Shown one piece after another: positions 25,393 through 36,882 of a stretch of 64,000 nt of DNA; within the stretch, counting starts at the first letter, position 1; every line of letters begins with the position of its first letter. This DNA is from Schmidtea polychroa (taxonomy: Eukaryota). A program made the position numbers and the translations under genes. The DNA is taken from NCBI GenBank assembly GCA_044892525.1, contig CM097887.1, forward strand, positions 128,194,397-128,258,396, in the 5' to 3' direction. Below the pieces are notes generated by a model. That model saw only the letters and a list, made by a program, of their open reading frames with translations, did no database searches and was not told the origin of the DNA.

Positions 25393-26842
25393 TTAATGAT
25401 AAAATTATACTCTTAGAATTTCATGACATTTGGTCTGATTATAAACCCATTCATTGTCGGTGATATATGATTTCGGGAGATATCAAATTAATTTAATGCA
25501 CTTATCGCAGAAAACTGATTTTCAAAGTTGGATAGTCAACTCTTGCTGTTCAATTGGAGCATTTTAGACTGACCAGACACTCTATTCTTGTCCGGATTAT
25601 AATCGTAAGTCAGGCGCAATTGAAAAGCCTATTACTTTATGAAAACGATTCGAATTGGATAAATAAAGTGGTCAATATTTCAACATCAAAACGAAAACCA
25701 ATTATTCTCAAACAAGGTCGAAGTTCCTGGCCGGTAACGAGCAATGGGAAAAATCATAAAAATATGTATGTTATTATTATTAGTTATTAATAGATATTAA
25801 TAGTTAACTTTTAAGTCGAGAAACGTGTCGTGGATTAGCCGGTATTGTGAAAAGGTCAGCCGATCAAAAATTTACTAGTCATGGGGAATTTGTTTCTCGT
25901 CACAGTTCATTCCTTTATCGATCCGATTCGATGATAAGTTGTTCATTAATATTGTAAAAAATTTTTTGATATAACAATCTGTTTCCTCGTGGTTATTATT
26001 TTATTTTTTTTTACATGGATAATAAAATTTTAATTAATACCCAATGATAAAGTATTTAATGCACCGAATGAAGTCTGAAAACTGAATGAGATTTGTATTC
26101 CTATGCTGACAATAGTTTACCGAATTTTGTTACTACAGACCTTATGTCAATCAAATTTTATTTTATAATTATTGAATTAATTTTTTTTAAACTGTTCTGT
26201 AATAGTAGAAAGATTGTCTTCAAATATTTATTCCCTGGCATGCATTTTGTCCATAAATCATGCTTAAATCTTAAAACTACAATATTTTAATTATTAATCT
26301 TCCCATAATTTTTATTATTGATGGAAATATATAATTTTAATTCAATATAACATTTCATTATGATGGGAGGCTATTGGATTTCAATATTTGTTGCTCTATG
26401 ATATTTATCGACGTTTATTGTAGATAACATGTAAGTAAGGCAGCTTGCCCAATAATGATTAAATATTGTAAGAATTTTGAATTAATTGCACATGATTTTT
26501 CTGATTTAGATGGGATATTGGTTTTATATTATTAATTATGTGGTGCTAAAAATATATATGATTTCTAGGGGTATTTATTTTCAATTTTTGATTTTGTATA
26601 CCTTTTTTTTACAATAAAAGCAAATCTTTTATTTCACCTACCCTATATCTGTTAATGATTGCGCTTGCATTTTTCCTAAAATTTTTAGCCGTATTTACAC
26701 TTAGGTATTTTCAACTAATTGAACTTGTTTTCATTTAGTATTTATTATGTAATTCTTAAAGATCTACTTTCTGTTTGTTCACACTATCATATACTATTTC
26801 TCTGCAACTAACTATATATCGAGGGCGCCATGGTACGGACTT

Positions 26843-27178
26843 TTACATAGTCTTTTGTATCAAATTTTCCCATCCGCCATTGTTTGCAATTAACTTCATC
26901 AAATATTTATTCGTCATTTCAGTGGCTTTCTTTATTAATGATTTTGAATTGTCAGTTTCCAAACAAACATAAATACCAATCTCCACTATTATATAGGCTA
27001 GCGCTGTCAATATTTCATCTCAATCCAACGCGGTTCGTGTTAGGTCCTCAATTATTGCTTCCTCACAAAATTCCTTTTCTTCATAATTTCTTTTAATTAT
27101 CCACGGTAATGTCCTCTTTAATTCCGTTGCCAATCTCTTTACAACTCTTTTCTCCTCCTCCGAAGTATCATCTCTTTT
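26843..27178 (-). pseudogene. Bcl-2-family-like domain with one internal TGA
   Basis: Manual translation: ...VVKRLATELKR...EDLTRTALD*DEILTALAYIIVEIG...KYLMKLIANNGGWENLIQKTM*. BH2-like NGGW; TGA (27020-27022) falls where BH1 has the Trp of NWGR. Confidence 0.7.
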
Positions 27179-27197
27179 TTCCAGTTTCGTCTAACAA

Positions 27198-27904
27198 TTA
27201 CAATTCCGTAACTAAACTTTGTAATATTCGCTCAGTTTTGCTTGATTCGTCTAAACTCAAAGATTCAGTTTCCGCATCATTTTGTCGTTTCCGACATATC
27301 GCAATGTCATTTTCCGTTTCAACGAAGTTCTCTTCACTTTTTGTTTTATTTACACTCGGTAATACCCTGTTATCGGTGCTCATTTCCTCGATATCCCTTT
27401 TAGCTTCATTTTCCGATCCCATTTCCTCATTTTCCATTGTTTCTAATCTCTGCAATTCATTAATTTCTTGATCAATTTCTCCTGGGTCATCTACAACTTC
27501 AGTTTTAATCTCTACATTATCATTATACGTTTCCTCATACGGAGGCCAAACGGTATTATTACTGCATCTCTTTCCATTTCATCACTTTGCTTTGTTGCGT
27601 ATACATTATTAATACAATTTGGGTTACATCAGTAATTCAATAAATATTCGTCATCATCTAATTCTCGTGCTTTGAACGTCAACACGATAATTCCTTCATT
27701 GCGTAATATCTCATCTGCTTTTTGTCGTATTTTCTTTGCTTTTACACTCCAATGTTCCTGATAATATTCAATCCTTTGATCCGCAATATTCAACGCTATT
27801 ATCAACGACTTCGCACTATTGTCTAACACCCCATAATCATGTCCTAGTTTTCGGATTACCTTTTTGAGCTTCGCCTGATAGCTTGTCGGTTTATTAGTAT
27901 ACAA
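27198..27904 (-). pseudogene. Helical and acidic linker segments between the UBL and Bcl-2-like domains
   Basis: ORFs 27629..27904 and 27198..27455 on the same strand, separated by stops and frameshifts. Confidence 0.45.
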
Positions 27905-28361
27905 TCAAACAATTCAAACAATCTTCTTTCATTTCTCGATCCATTTCAATGCTCATAATGAAATCGATACTCGCATTAATTTTATCTTTATTCCCTGCAT
28001 ATAGAGTGTCTTGTAAATCTGCTAGAATTTTTTCCCAATTCTGTCTACCTGAATTCAAAGTATTAACTGCATTAACGACATTTACTTTATTTTTCCAGCC
28101 TGGTATCAGACCGCAATCTACCAAGTACTCCTCGTCTTCCAGACATCGATTCTCAAATTTTAATTGCACTTGCCATCCACTGTATTGACGCAGTATTCGC
28201 TCCTTTAGCTCTCTGATTTGTCCGTAGGCATTTGCACGGAATTGGCACATCACATTATCAAGTCCCGTCGTTTCCACTACGATATCAGCTAAATTTCTTG
28301 TTGGCCGTAAAGCCTTGCCAAACTTCTGCATTTGCTTAAGTATCTCATCGTAGCTTTGCAC
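27894..28361 (-). CDS. ORF containing an integral ubiquitin-like domain (nt 28071-28286)
   Basis: IVVETTG...IRELKERI...QVQLKFENRCLEDEEYLVDCGL...VNVV parallels ubiquitin IFVKTLTG...IENVKAKI...[21 protein letters not shown]...LHLV; no terminal GG. Confidence 0.75.
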   Translation of the reverse strand: MQSYDEILKQMQKFGKALRPTRNLADIVVETTGLDNVMCQFRANAYGQIRELKERILRQYSGWQVQLKFENRCLEDEEYLVDCGLIPGWKNKVNVVNAVNTLNSGRQNWEKILADLQDTLYAGNKDKINASIDFIMSIEMDREMKEDCLNCLIVY

Positions 28362-28464
28362 ATAAATTTATTGCTCTCTTTAGTTCACTTTGGGTTAGTG
28401 ACATCAAACTGAGTTCTGCGATCCATCGTTTCAAATGGGAGTTGTTAGTTTCCATTCTCGCAAG

Positions 28465-29851
28465 TCATCTTTCAACTCGGGCTAACAATGCCGTCGGATT
28501 CTCATCTGATGCGATTTTTCTCACTTTCATGGCGGGTTTTTCCTCACCTTCTGACACGGTTCCGATTATCATATGAGATTCAGTTTCCTCGTCTAATTCG
28601 AATTTAGCCAATAATTTGTTCAACTTCTGTCGCATTTCTCGAAATTCCTTTTCCATTTTGTCTTGAAATTCCTCTCTCTGCGCATATGTCATATTACTGG
28701 TATTTGGCATATCTTCTTGGAACCTAATCGATTTCTTTAATATAGGTCTGCTAAATCTTTCTGAGTTACTTGGGCACGATCGAGCCATATGACCGTATCC
28801 CTTGCACGAATGGCATTGTATTTGTCCATTGGTATTCACTTTGTCCCTTTGTGGTGAAGGTGACGTTGACGATGATCTTGATCTGGTGAAACAGTTTCTG
28901 CTAATATGCCTTTTCTTTCCGCATCGATAGCATTCAACATCACTGCTGATCCTTTTGTTATCTTTGAAACTCTTGTTAGGGCTGAGATTTTTCCCATATT
29001 TGAACCAACACTGATTTCAGTAGTGTCCGGACTTTTTGCAATATTCGCACTGAGGGCTATTTACCTGTCCATTTGATTGTACGTTCATGGCTGATCAACT
29101 GGCTTGAAATCTATTATTTGGTCTCAAAATTGGACTACTGATTTGGTTTATTTTCTTTTCATCCCATGGTGCTCTCACAGGAGTAATTGACCGCTCACGT
29201 CTCTCCACATTAACTCCAAAAGCATCTGATCTTTTCGCACTTTTTAAATTCAGCTCTATCTTCATGGCTTTCTTCACAAGCTCATCGAAATTAGAAAAAT
29301 CCACATAACATAGGGCATTTTTGATTTCGGAGTGGACTCCGGTTATAAACTGATCTTCTAACAGCTCTTTAACCTGCTTGGCCATATCTGCTTGATCTGG
29401 TTTGACTTCAAAGGCTTTATCTGCTAAAGTGGTCAGATGATAAGCAAACTCACTGACCGATTCATCTGGACCTTGAACTCGATTATAGAATTTCTGTCGC
29501 ATAATTCTTTTGATATCTCCACAACCAGTTTCAGTGCCATTGCATCCTTCAATTTGATCCAATCATTGCCAACGTTCCGTTTATCGACTTGCTGCCAGGC
29601 TTCTCTTGCCGCACCCTTCAAATAGAGTGGGAATCTCTGAACCTTAATGGCTTGTGTCCATCCGCATGCTGAGGATTATACATATAATAATCTCCCATGA
29701 AATCTGCGAATTCAACAGGGTCTCCTCCATATTGATTGACGGGTATTTTTTGGCAACTTGCGAAATCAATCATCTCTCTATTGATAGGCATAACAGCATT
29801 ATCATTTGCCATTTGGACTTGTTTTTGACTTCTGAGGTTGTATCGATTCAC
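28465..29851 (-). pseudogene. gag: Retrotransposon Gag with three CCHC zinc knuckles, frameshifted
   Basis: GWTQAIKVQRFPLYLKGAAREAW, QGPDESVSEFAYHL, DQFITGV; knuckles CEYCKKSGHY*NQC, CYRCGKKRHISRNC, CHSCKGYGHMARSC. Confidence 0.9.
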
Positions 29852-30142
29852 TTTAAGCTAAACTTCAAACGTTCAACAATAATTCAAAATTACTTTTCAG
29901 CTTCTTTTAAATCTTCCAATAATAGCCTTTAATATCTATCTCGTCAGCACTATTTTCCAAAAATTTTCCACTACGTTCAATAATTCTCAACCGACTTCAC
30001 GTCTATACTCTTTTTCCAAATATTTTTGCAATAACTTTCAATAATTCTCTGCCGACTTTCAATCACGTCGGTATTATTTTCCAAATACTTTTTTTTAATA
30101 ATTTTTTCCCACTAACTTTCAATAATTCTCCGCCGACTTCCT

Positions 30143-30160
30143 ATCACGTCGGGCTCACCA
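30143..30160 (-). promoter_or_regulatory. Primer binding site complementary to the tRNA-Trp 3' end
   Basis: TGGTGAGCCCGACGTGAT, 7 nt after the LTR end. The plus strand ATCACGTCGGGCTCACCA matches the metazoan tRNA-Trp 3' end (ATCACGTCGGGGTCACCA, recalled) at 17/18. Confidence 0.85.
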
Positions 30161-30167
30161 GAATATA

Positions 30168-31557
30168 TGTTGGGTTTTTGGTTAATTTAAGTCGGTTACC
30201 TCTGACTCCTCGTGTCCTTTAAATCAAAACAAACACTACCCAACGTATATTGAAATAACAAAATTCATAATCTTTTCTCACCACTTTACAATCAATAATC
30301 AAAGTTACGTTTGACAGATTCTCCGCTCGGCGTTGATGCTTTGTAAATAGATAATATTCACCTTTTATTTCTTTAGATTCTCTTGACCCACGTTTTCCTC
30401 TTTTTCTGTTTGATTTGATTCTTTTTCACCTTTTCGTATTCCTATTTTCTATATCTTCTTTTCCCTAATCTCCTTAATCCGTTTTTACCTATTCCTAACT
30501 CGGTTTCTTCTAACCCTATGCTCTGATTTTCCCTTTCCTTATATACTCCTCGAAATCGGGATGACAAATGGTTATTGCCGAGTCAATCTTTCACTTGACA
30601 TTTGCTTCCACGTATCGGCTTCGGCTGTCACCCATAATGGCCCAACGAACCAAGATAATAAATGGCCCTTCCGGCCTTTCTACACGCTCTTTTCCAATTA
30701 ATCATTGTGTCAAGCTAATGGGCCCAAATCTTCCTTCTGTTTACTCTTCTTCTTGTTTACCCAGCTCGGGTTTCCTTCATCTCTCTTCATAAAAATGAAA
30801 TGAATAATGAACTAAATAAATTTTTGGACAATAATACTCCAATATTCATTCAATAAGATCCCATTAATAATTACCTAACCCTTCCTAACTCGGTTTCTTC
30901 TAACCCTAGCTGAGGCAAAATGCCGATTTGCTCTGATTTTCCCCTTCCTTATATACTCTTCGAAATCGGGATGACAAATGGTTATTGCCGAGCCAATCTT
31001 TCACTTGACATTTGCTTCCACGTATCTACTTCGGCTGTCACCCATAATGGTCCAACGAACCAAGATAATTAATGGCCCTTCCGGCCTTTCTACACGCACT
31101 ATCTTTTCCTTGCTCTTTTCCAATTAATCATTGTGTCAAGCTAATGGGCCCAAATCTTCCTTCTGTTTACTTTTCTTCTTGTTTACCCAGTTCGGGTTTC
31201 CTTCATCTCTCGGGTTCTCCATTGGCTCGGGTTTACCATTAGCTCTGGTTTTCTATTAGCCAATTAATTAATTAATTAACGTTTTGATTGCTTTGAATGC
31301 TTTTGACCCTTCCTAACCATTTTCTGATAAATCCCTAACCATCATCTTGTTGACCATTAGATAATCTATACCTGTCCCGTTTTCCCAATTCGATTTCGAT
31401 GATTTTACAATTTATTGATTTTTCTCGGATTTCCGGATTCTTGCCTTTCGCAATTGCTTTTGGCATTTTCCAATACTGCTTCCATCACACTTTTCTTTGC
31501 TATCAATTCTGTGTATGATCACGCTTTTATTTATCTTTTTCTTCACTTACTTTTTAT
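30168..31557 (-). repeat. 5' LTR (runs into N gap) with internal ~300-bp duplication
   Basis: Homologous to solo LTR 2407-3375; 30480-30790 is repeated at 30880-31210. Confidence 0.9.
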
Positions 31558-31724
31558 NNNNNNNNNNNNNNNNNNNNNNNNNNNNNNNNNNNNNNNNNNN
31601 NNNNNNNNNNNNNNNNNNNNNNNNNNNNNNNNNNNNNNNNNNNNNNNNNNNNNNNNNNNNNNNNNNNNNNNNNNNNNNNNNNNNNNNNNNNNNNNNNNNN
31701 NNNNNNNNNNNNNNNNNNNNNNNN
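31558..31724. other. Assembly gap
   Basis: N run. Confidence 1.
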
Positions 31725-33466
31725 GGCTTGAATTTGACACGGTATAAACTGATATTATTCACAACAACATTGATTCCTTATCGGATGTTTAGGGTTATTA
31801 TGCACAAAACTCCAAAATTCTATCCTTACTGAGGTACCTTATAGCTTGATTTATAAGACAGTAATTTTAATATAAAAGTATTGCTAAAAATAATAATTAT
31901 GAAAGTGAACAGGGTAGAGAAGAGGAACGACAAAAATATTTTCACTACTTATTTTAAATCTAGGGTTTTCTACAAAGAATCATATACATTAGCGGTATAC
32001 CCTTGCTTTGGTACGGTTATATTTTTTAATAAATTACTAAGTTTCATTTTTCAGATTATTTATAATTAGAATAATAATTAATAGTTTCAATATAAAATAT
32101 AAAAAGAGTTTGCAGTTTTTGATGTTTAATATTGTGTAGCAAAAAACAAAGCACCCTATTTGAAATAAAGTCTGGAGTAATTTAAGTTAAGGGTTTACTA
32201 AAACTCAAATGGGTAGCGAATCGTATTCTTCCCATAGACTTCAATGATTCATATGTTATCATTCGTCAGATACTAACCTCATTAATAATGAATTGTTCAT
32301 AATTATTGCCATGTCATTTATTTTCTTCTTTTTATTTAACAATGAAGTTCTTAAATTCCGGGTCAATTCAAAATATTGAAATATCTAACTTCCTAACATA
32401 GCTCGTCCGTAAAATTAATTCTTCCCTCTTCAACTTATCCATGTCCATCCTTAATATAACTAAATGATTCAGAAAACTGCTTTAATAAATTCATTCATAA
32501 CATTTATCCAGGTCTATTTCGTTTTTGTTTATAGTAAAATCGCCTTGAAAATCTACAAATTTTATGGGGTATAAACTTCTGCAATTAGTAGTAAAAATAT
32601 AATTAGATTTACTTGCGGCGTTAAAACCATAAGCGAAGGTATATAACAAAAATGAAAAGAAACGAAATCTCACAGCTATCTTAATTTGTAGGATTTTATA
32701 CGTTGATGACATTGAATTAAATGATTTCGAAACAGTCGTTCATGAAAATAATTGACAATAGGCAGGCAAAAGAAAACTATGTGGTAATTGTAACGTGAAA
32801 TTTGCACCATTTACGAAAAAAATCTCTTTTTAGTTTGCAGCTTTGGCATCAGACGTCCCTGTAAATTTTCAACTATTTAGCTGCAACGGTTTAGGCTATG
32901 TGAACAGCGAAAGATGGCAAACCAACCCACAAAGAAATATATTTAGAGTTTTATATAAGATATATAAGTGAAATTAAGTAAAATCCAAGTATGAGCAACA
33001 AAGTTCTCTCAAAGCTAAATTTTCATTACAAAATAAAAGGCATTAACCATAATATTAATTTACCTTATTCTTGTTTATCGATTAATATAATCACACCCGG
33101 CCAAAGGTATCAGCAATATTCTTTGATTTACCTGCTTTGGATTTAAAATTCAAGAGCGTTTAAATTAGGAAACGTTAGAACAAACTAGATCTAAACGATC
33201 GCGCAAATTTCAGGAACTCCCTACAATTCTTGAAACTATTCATCAAAGATCAGCGCTGAGATAGCCAAGTAAACCCAGTGTGTGACAGCTTCAATTTCCG
33301 AGGAGAGTTTGAATAACCGATTTCTATCTTAGATAAAACGGCATTTTTTCCGTACACATATTTTGTAAAAATTTGTTGTATAGTTAAATATATTTATTCA
33401 TCAAAAAGTCTTATTTATTTAAAATATATTTACGTGTTTTTATAATTAAATAATTATACTTACATG

Positions 33467-34099
33467 CAGGGCCGGCTGTGGGTTTTGCGGGGCATCGGGA
33501 AAATATTAAATGCGGGGCCCCTTCTCAAAAATGATACATGAACATAATTTTATCGATTTTTTAATGAAATATTTATTTCTTCAATACATTCAATAATATA
33601 ATTTTACTAAATTTACTAATTACATAATTTTTATTTTGTACAAACTTTTTTTACTGCTAATTCCTCGATAACTTCATCAAAAGTTATCTGTTCTGTTACC
33701 TCCTGCTCTATTACCTCTCTAACCCATCTTGTTACATGGCTAATCTTAGATAATTTTTAATTAACTTTGATTTGAAAAGACTGTGTTCAGTGGGAAGCTA
33801 CTGAAACAGGCGTTGTTAGCATAATTCTCAAAGCCTTTCCGTGTGCTGCATTTGGCTGAGGAGAGCGGAGTGGTATATATGCGTAACGCGAACATTGCTC
33901 TTTCACTTTACGCAGCAGATAAGGAGATAGCAGATAACATGACACGTACAGACATGTAAAGAAACCTTAACATCTGAATTGTAAAAAAAAGTTGCATTTG
34001 GTGTCAAAAACCTGCCATAACTACTAATAATTGTTAGAAATATGAAAGCGCGGGGCCCCAGGAAAAATCCCCGAAGTCCCGCCCTCTGAGTCGACTCTG
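33467..34099 (-). mobile_element. Non-autonomous hAT deletion derivative
   Basis: Imperfect TIR CAGGGCCGGCT/AGTCGACTCTG, 8-bp TSD CTTACATG/CATACATG, residual ALRIMLTTPVSVAS. Confidence 0.85.
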
Positions 34100-34824
34100 C
34101 ATACATGCCAGAAAATTTTATTTTTGGCGTCAAATAAACTCTATATTAGAATCGAAAATCAACACCATTTGTAGAATGTATTCGGTTTTGTTTGAAATAA
34201 AGTTATTTTGTTGGGATTCAAGTTTTATTTGCTTAATTATTGAACACAAGGATCCAGATCGAGAGCTAACAAATTATTGAAATCCCAACAACCGTCACAT
34301 ATGCCGAAATTGTCAAATTTTAGATGAGAATTGAAATTCAAACATGTTTGCATATAATGTAACAAAAAACAAAATTAAAAGTTTACCTAGCAAATAATCA
34401 AAAACTCATAATCAATAAAAAACTGAATATGCCTGAATTATTGACCTTTTTAAGAGTAAATTATAACAACTTAGATATATCTTAATTGTGATTGATTAAA
34501 GAACAGAATGGGCTGAAGGTGCTGCACTAAAATTTAACTCGGTGATAATTGTGATTATTCCCATTGATAGCCATCGGCTGGCTTAGAATCATTTTCAGTG
34601 CAATGGGGAAATGTTTGGTGGTCACGTGGATTTAGTTTTGAAACACGAGTCTAACTGTAAACTTATCCTTGGGACCTTAACCCCCGAACTTCGAAATCAA
34701 TAAAAAACAAAAAGAGTGTGATTGCAATTGATTTGTGAACGATTATTACTAATTGCAAACAGATTTCAAAATCTCAAATCAATTGAAATCATACAATAAA
34801 AAAATTAAAATAAATAGTGTAAAT

Positions 34825-35301
34825 TTTTTTTTACGGTTGTCTAACATTAAAATAATATAAACATTACAAGCTTTGTGATACCCAGTGCAAATCCCAATAG
34901 TAGACTAGTTTCGAGCTTTTAGCTCTCATCAGTACCATGCAGGAGAAGCGAAGATTTCTCTTCGCGCCAGGTGAGTATACAATATTGCTGATTCAACTCT
35001 ATTGCTTACTTTCCCCGGTACACTGGAAATCACATCACTTGCAAATTAGCTAAATCACAGAAACAAATATCTGCAAACTTGTAAACATGGCGTATGGGAA
35101 ATCATATTCGCCTCTGGAGACATCGTCATACACAGAAACTGTTTACAAGTGTATCCGTAAGCCTTTAGCATTTCTAACTTGTAATGGATTAAAATATTTT
35201 TTTACGGATGTCTAACAATTCCAGTGTGTGTACCAGGGAAACTAGGGAAGTTTACTATTGGGATTTGCACTGGGTATCACAAAGCTTGTAATGTTTATAT
35301 T
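34825..35301 (-). mobile_element. Penelope-like/retrozyme remnant with an inverted terminal copy
   Basis: Hammerhead core, perfect 49-bp inverted repeat (34854-34902 / 35253-35301), short direct repeat TTTTTTACGG(T/A)TGTCTAACA at ~34827 and ~35200. Confidence 0.7.
34897..34938 (-). ncRNA. Minimal type I hammerhead ribozyme
   Basis: AUGGUA-CUGAUGA-GAGCU(AAA)AGCUC-GAAA-C(UA)G-UC-UACUAU: 6-bp stem I, 5-bp stem II, minimal palindromic stem III, GUC cleavage triplet. Confidence 0.9.
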
Positions 35302-35762
35302 AAAAATAAATAGTAAAAATTATAATTTATATTAATTATAATAATAGATATTAATAAAAAATTGATAAAAAAATTATAATCAATATTATTTAATTTCTTA
35401 TTATTACTAATTATTATAATAATATTGTTATCATTATTTTACTTATAGAATTATCTACAGTTCAAGCTTACGGGCGCATATCCTAGCATCAGATGGCTAT
35501 TCCTATGATAATGCAGAAACTAGCTAAGGAAATATCCCAAACAAACAAAACTCATATTTGTTGTGATATCGAAGGCCAGAATCGAGTGAATATAATCAAA
35601 AACGAAAATTTGCCTGAGGAAAATTGCAAACGGGTTAAATTTATATGTAATTGAAGAAAGGTTTGAACAGCAATCATACAATTATAGTTTCTGATTACGT
35701 TTGTTTTAACAAAAAAAGCGCTGAATTGTTTATTGTTTGTATAATAACCACAATTCAAATAA

Positions 35763-36498
35763 TTATAATTTATTTTTTAAATTGTTAAAATAAATTAAAA
35801 ATTTCAAATGTTTGAATGCTTCATCGTACCTCAAGTTTAAAATGCTTTCTGATACATTTTTTAAAATATCATTAAATTTTTGATCAATTTCATTTGATAG
35901 AATTTCTTTATTTTTATCGTTTTTGACTTCAACAATCCGTTCGTTATAGTCAATCATTTCATCGAAAAACGCAGGATCAATTGTAATATCTCCTTCATCC
36001 AATTTATAACCTTTTAAAGTAAGTATATAAATAGCTCTTAATAATGGATATTTCAAAGTATTATATGCTTCATTTACGACGGCAGATGATTCTTCAGATA
36101 AATTTTTTTCAAACTAAAACGACAATGTAAAGGGTTAATATTATTAAATCGCAAAAAATTACGTCACTAAATTTAGAATATTTATCAGGATGTAGATCTC
36201 GTTGAAATTGCTTCCATCGTTTATTAATAAAATTTAAATCGATGTCAAATTCGTTTTCAGGAATTCCAAACATGTCAAAATATGTACATTGATGACTCGG
36301 TTTTTGGATTTTGCCACATTTACAAAAAAACATACATTTACATAAACTTTCATTACAATTCCAACATTTTCGTGTTAAATTTTGACAATCATGAATGTAA
36401 GCTTGCAGATGTAACCTATTCAGTAGAGCATTTTTATAAGACGAATTGCTTAGAAAATCATACAAGTGTTTATTTAACGATGAAAAGACTTTTCGCAT
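35763..36498 (-). CDS. HSCB: Fe-S cluster co-chaperone HscB/HSC20, 2 exons (36498-36163, 36113-35763), ~228 aa
   Basis: CWNC...FFCKCGKIQ, J-domain LHPDKY; a 49-nt GT-AG intron (36114-36162) restores the frame into SAVVNEAYNTLKYPLLRAIY. Confidence 0.93.
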
Positions 36499-36882
36499 TT
36501 AAAATTAAATTTAATAACATAAATTCTTTTCAAAATCGTAAAAGAATATGCATTATTAAAACAAGAGATTTGAACATTTTAAAAATTAATTAATTATTAT
36601 AAATTTAGTTTAGAATTTAATTTTAATATTAATTTCTAATTATAGGTAAACATAATATTTTTAAAATACGATTTATAAGAGAAAGTAAGATTATCAATTG
36701 CATATTTTAAATCCTTCTAGATCGATAATTTTAATCGGCCTAAGGAATGGCTACTGTAAAATTTTATTTAGATAGAACACACAGAGTTTCTGTTAGAAAA
36801 AATAATGGCTGTCTTTGATTGGATAACGTATATTTATACATTGTGATCAAAATATTTTCAGAATTATAATCAGATTTTTATA

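Larger units (their letters stand above)
22097..31557 (-). mobile_element. Ty3/gypsy-type LTR retroelement without recognisable pol, carrying UBL and Bcl-2-like cargo, with a nested piggyBac
   Basis: 5' LTR 30168->31557, PBS, gag with three CCHC knuckles, cargo ORFs. The LTR remnant at 22097-22253 differs from 31456-31557 at only ~2 of ~100 bases. Confidence 0.7.

Noticed and set aside
25400-26840. env or pol remnant in the 3' part of the LTR element
   Set aside because: No long frame or RT/IN/env motif found in the parts translated by hand; a profile search could still reveal one.
27629-27904. VIRKLGHDY as a BH3 motif
   Set aside because: Lacks the GD dipeptide; too short to support.
30143-30160. 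tRNA-Trp gene
   Set aside because: Only the 3' 18 nt with encoded CCA next to an LTR; it is a PBS.
31415-31832. ORFs spanning N runs (also near 48.9-49.2 kb and 51.0-51.3 kb)
   Set aside because: Artefacts of gap translation.
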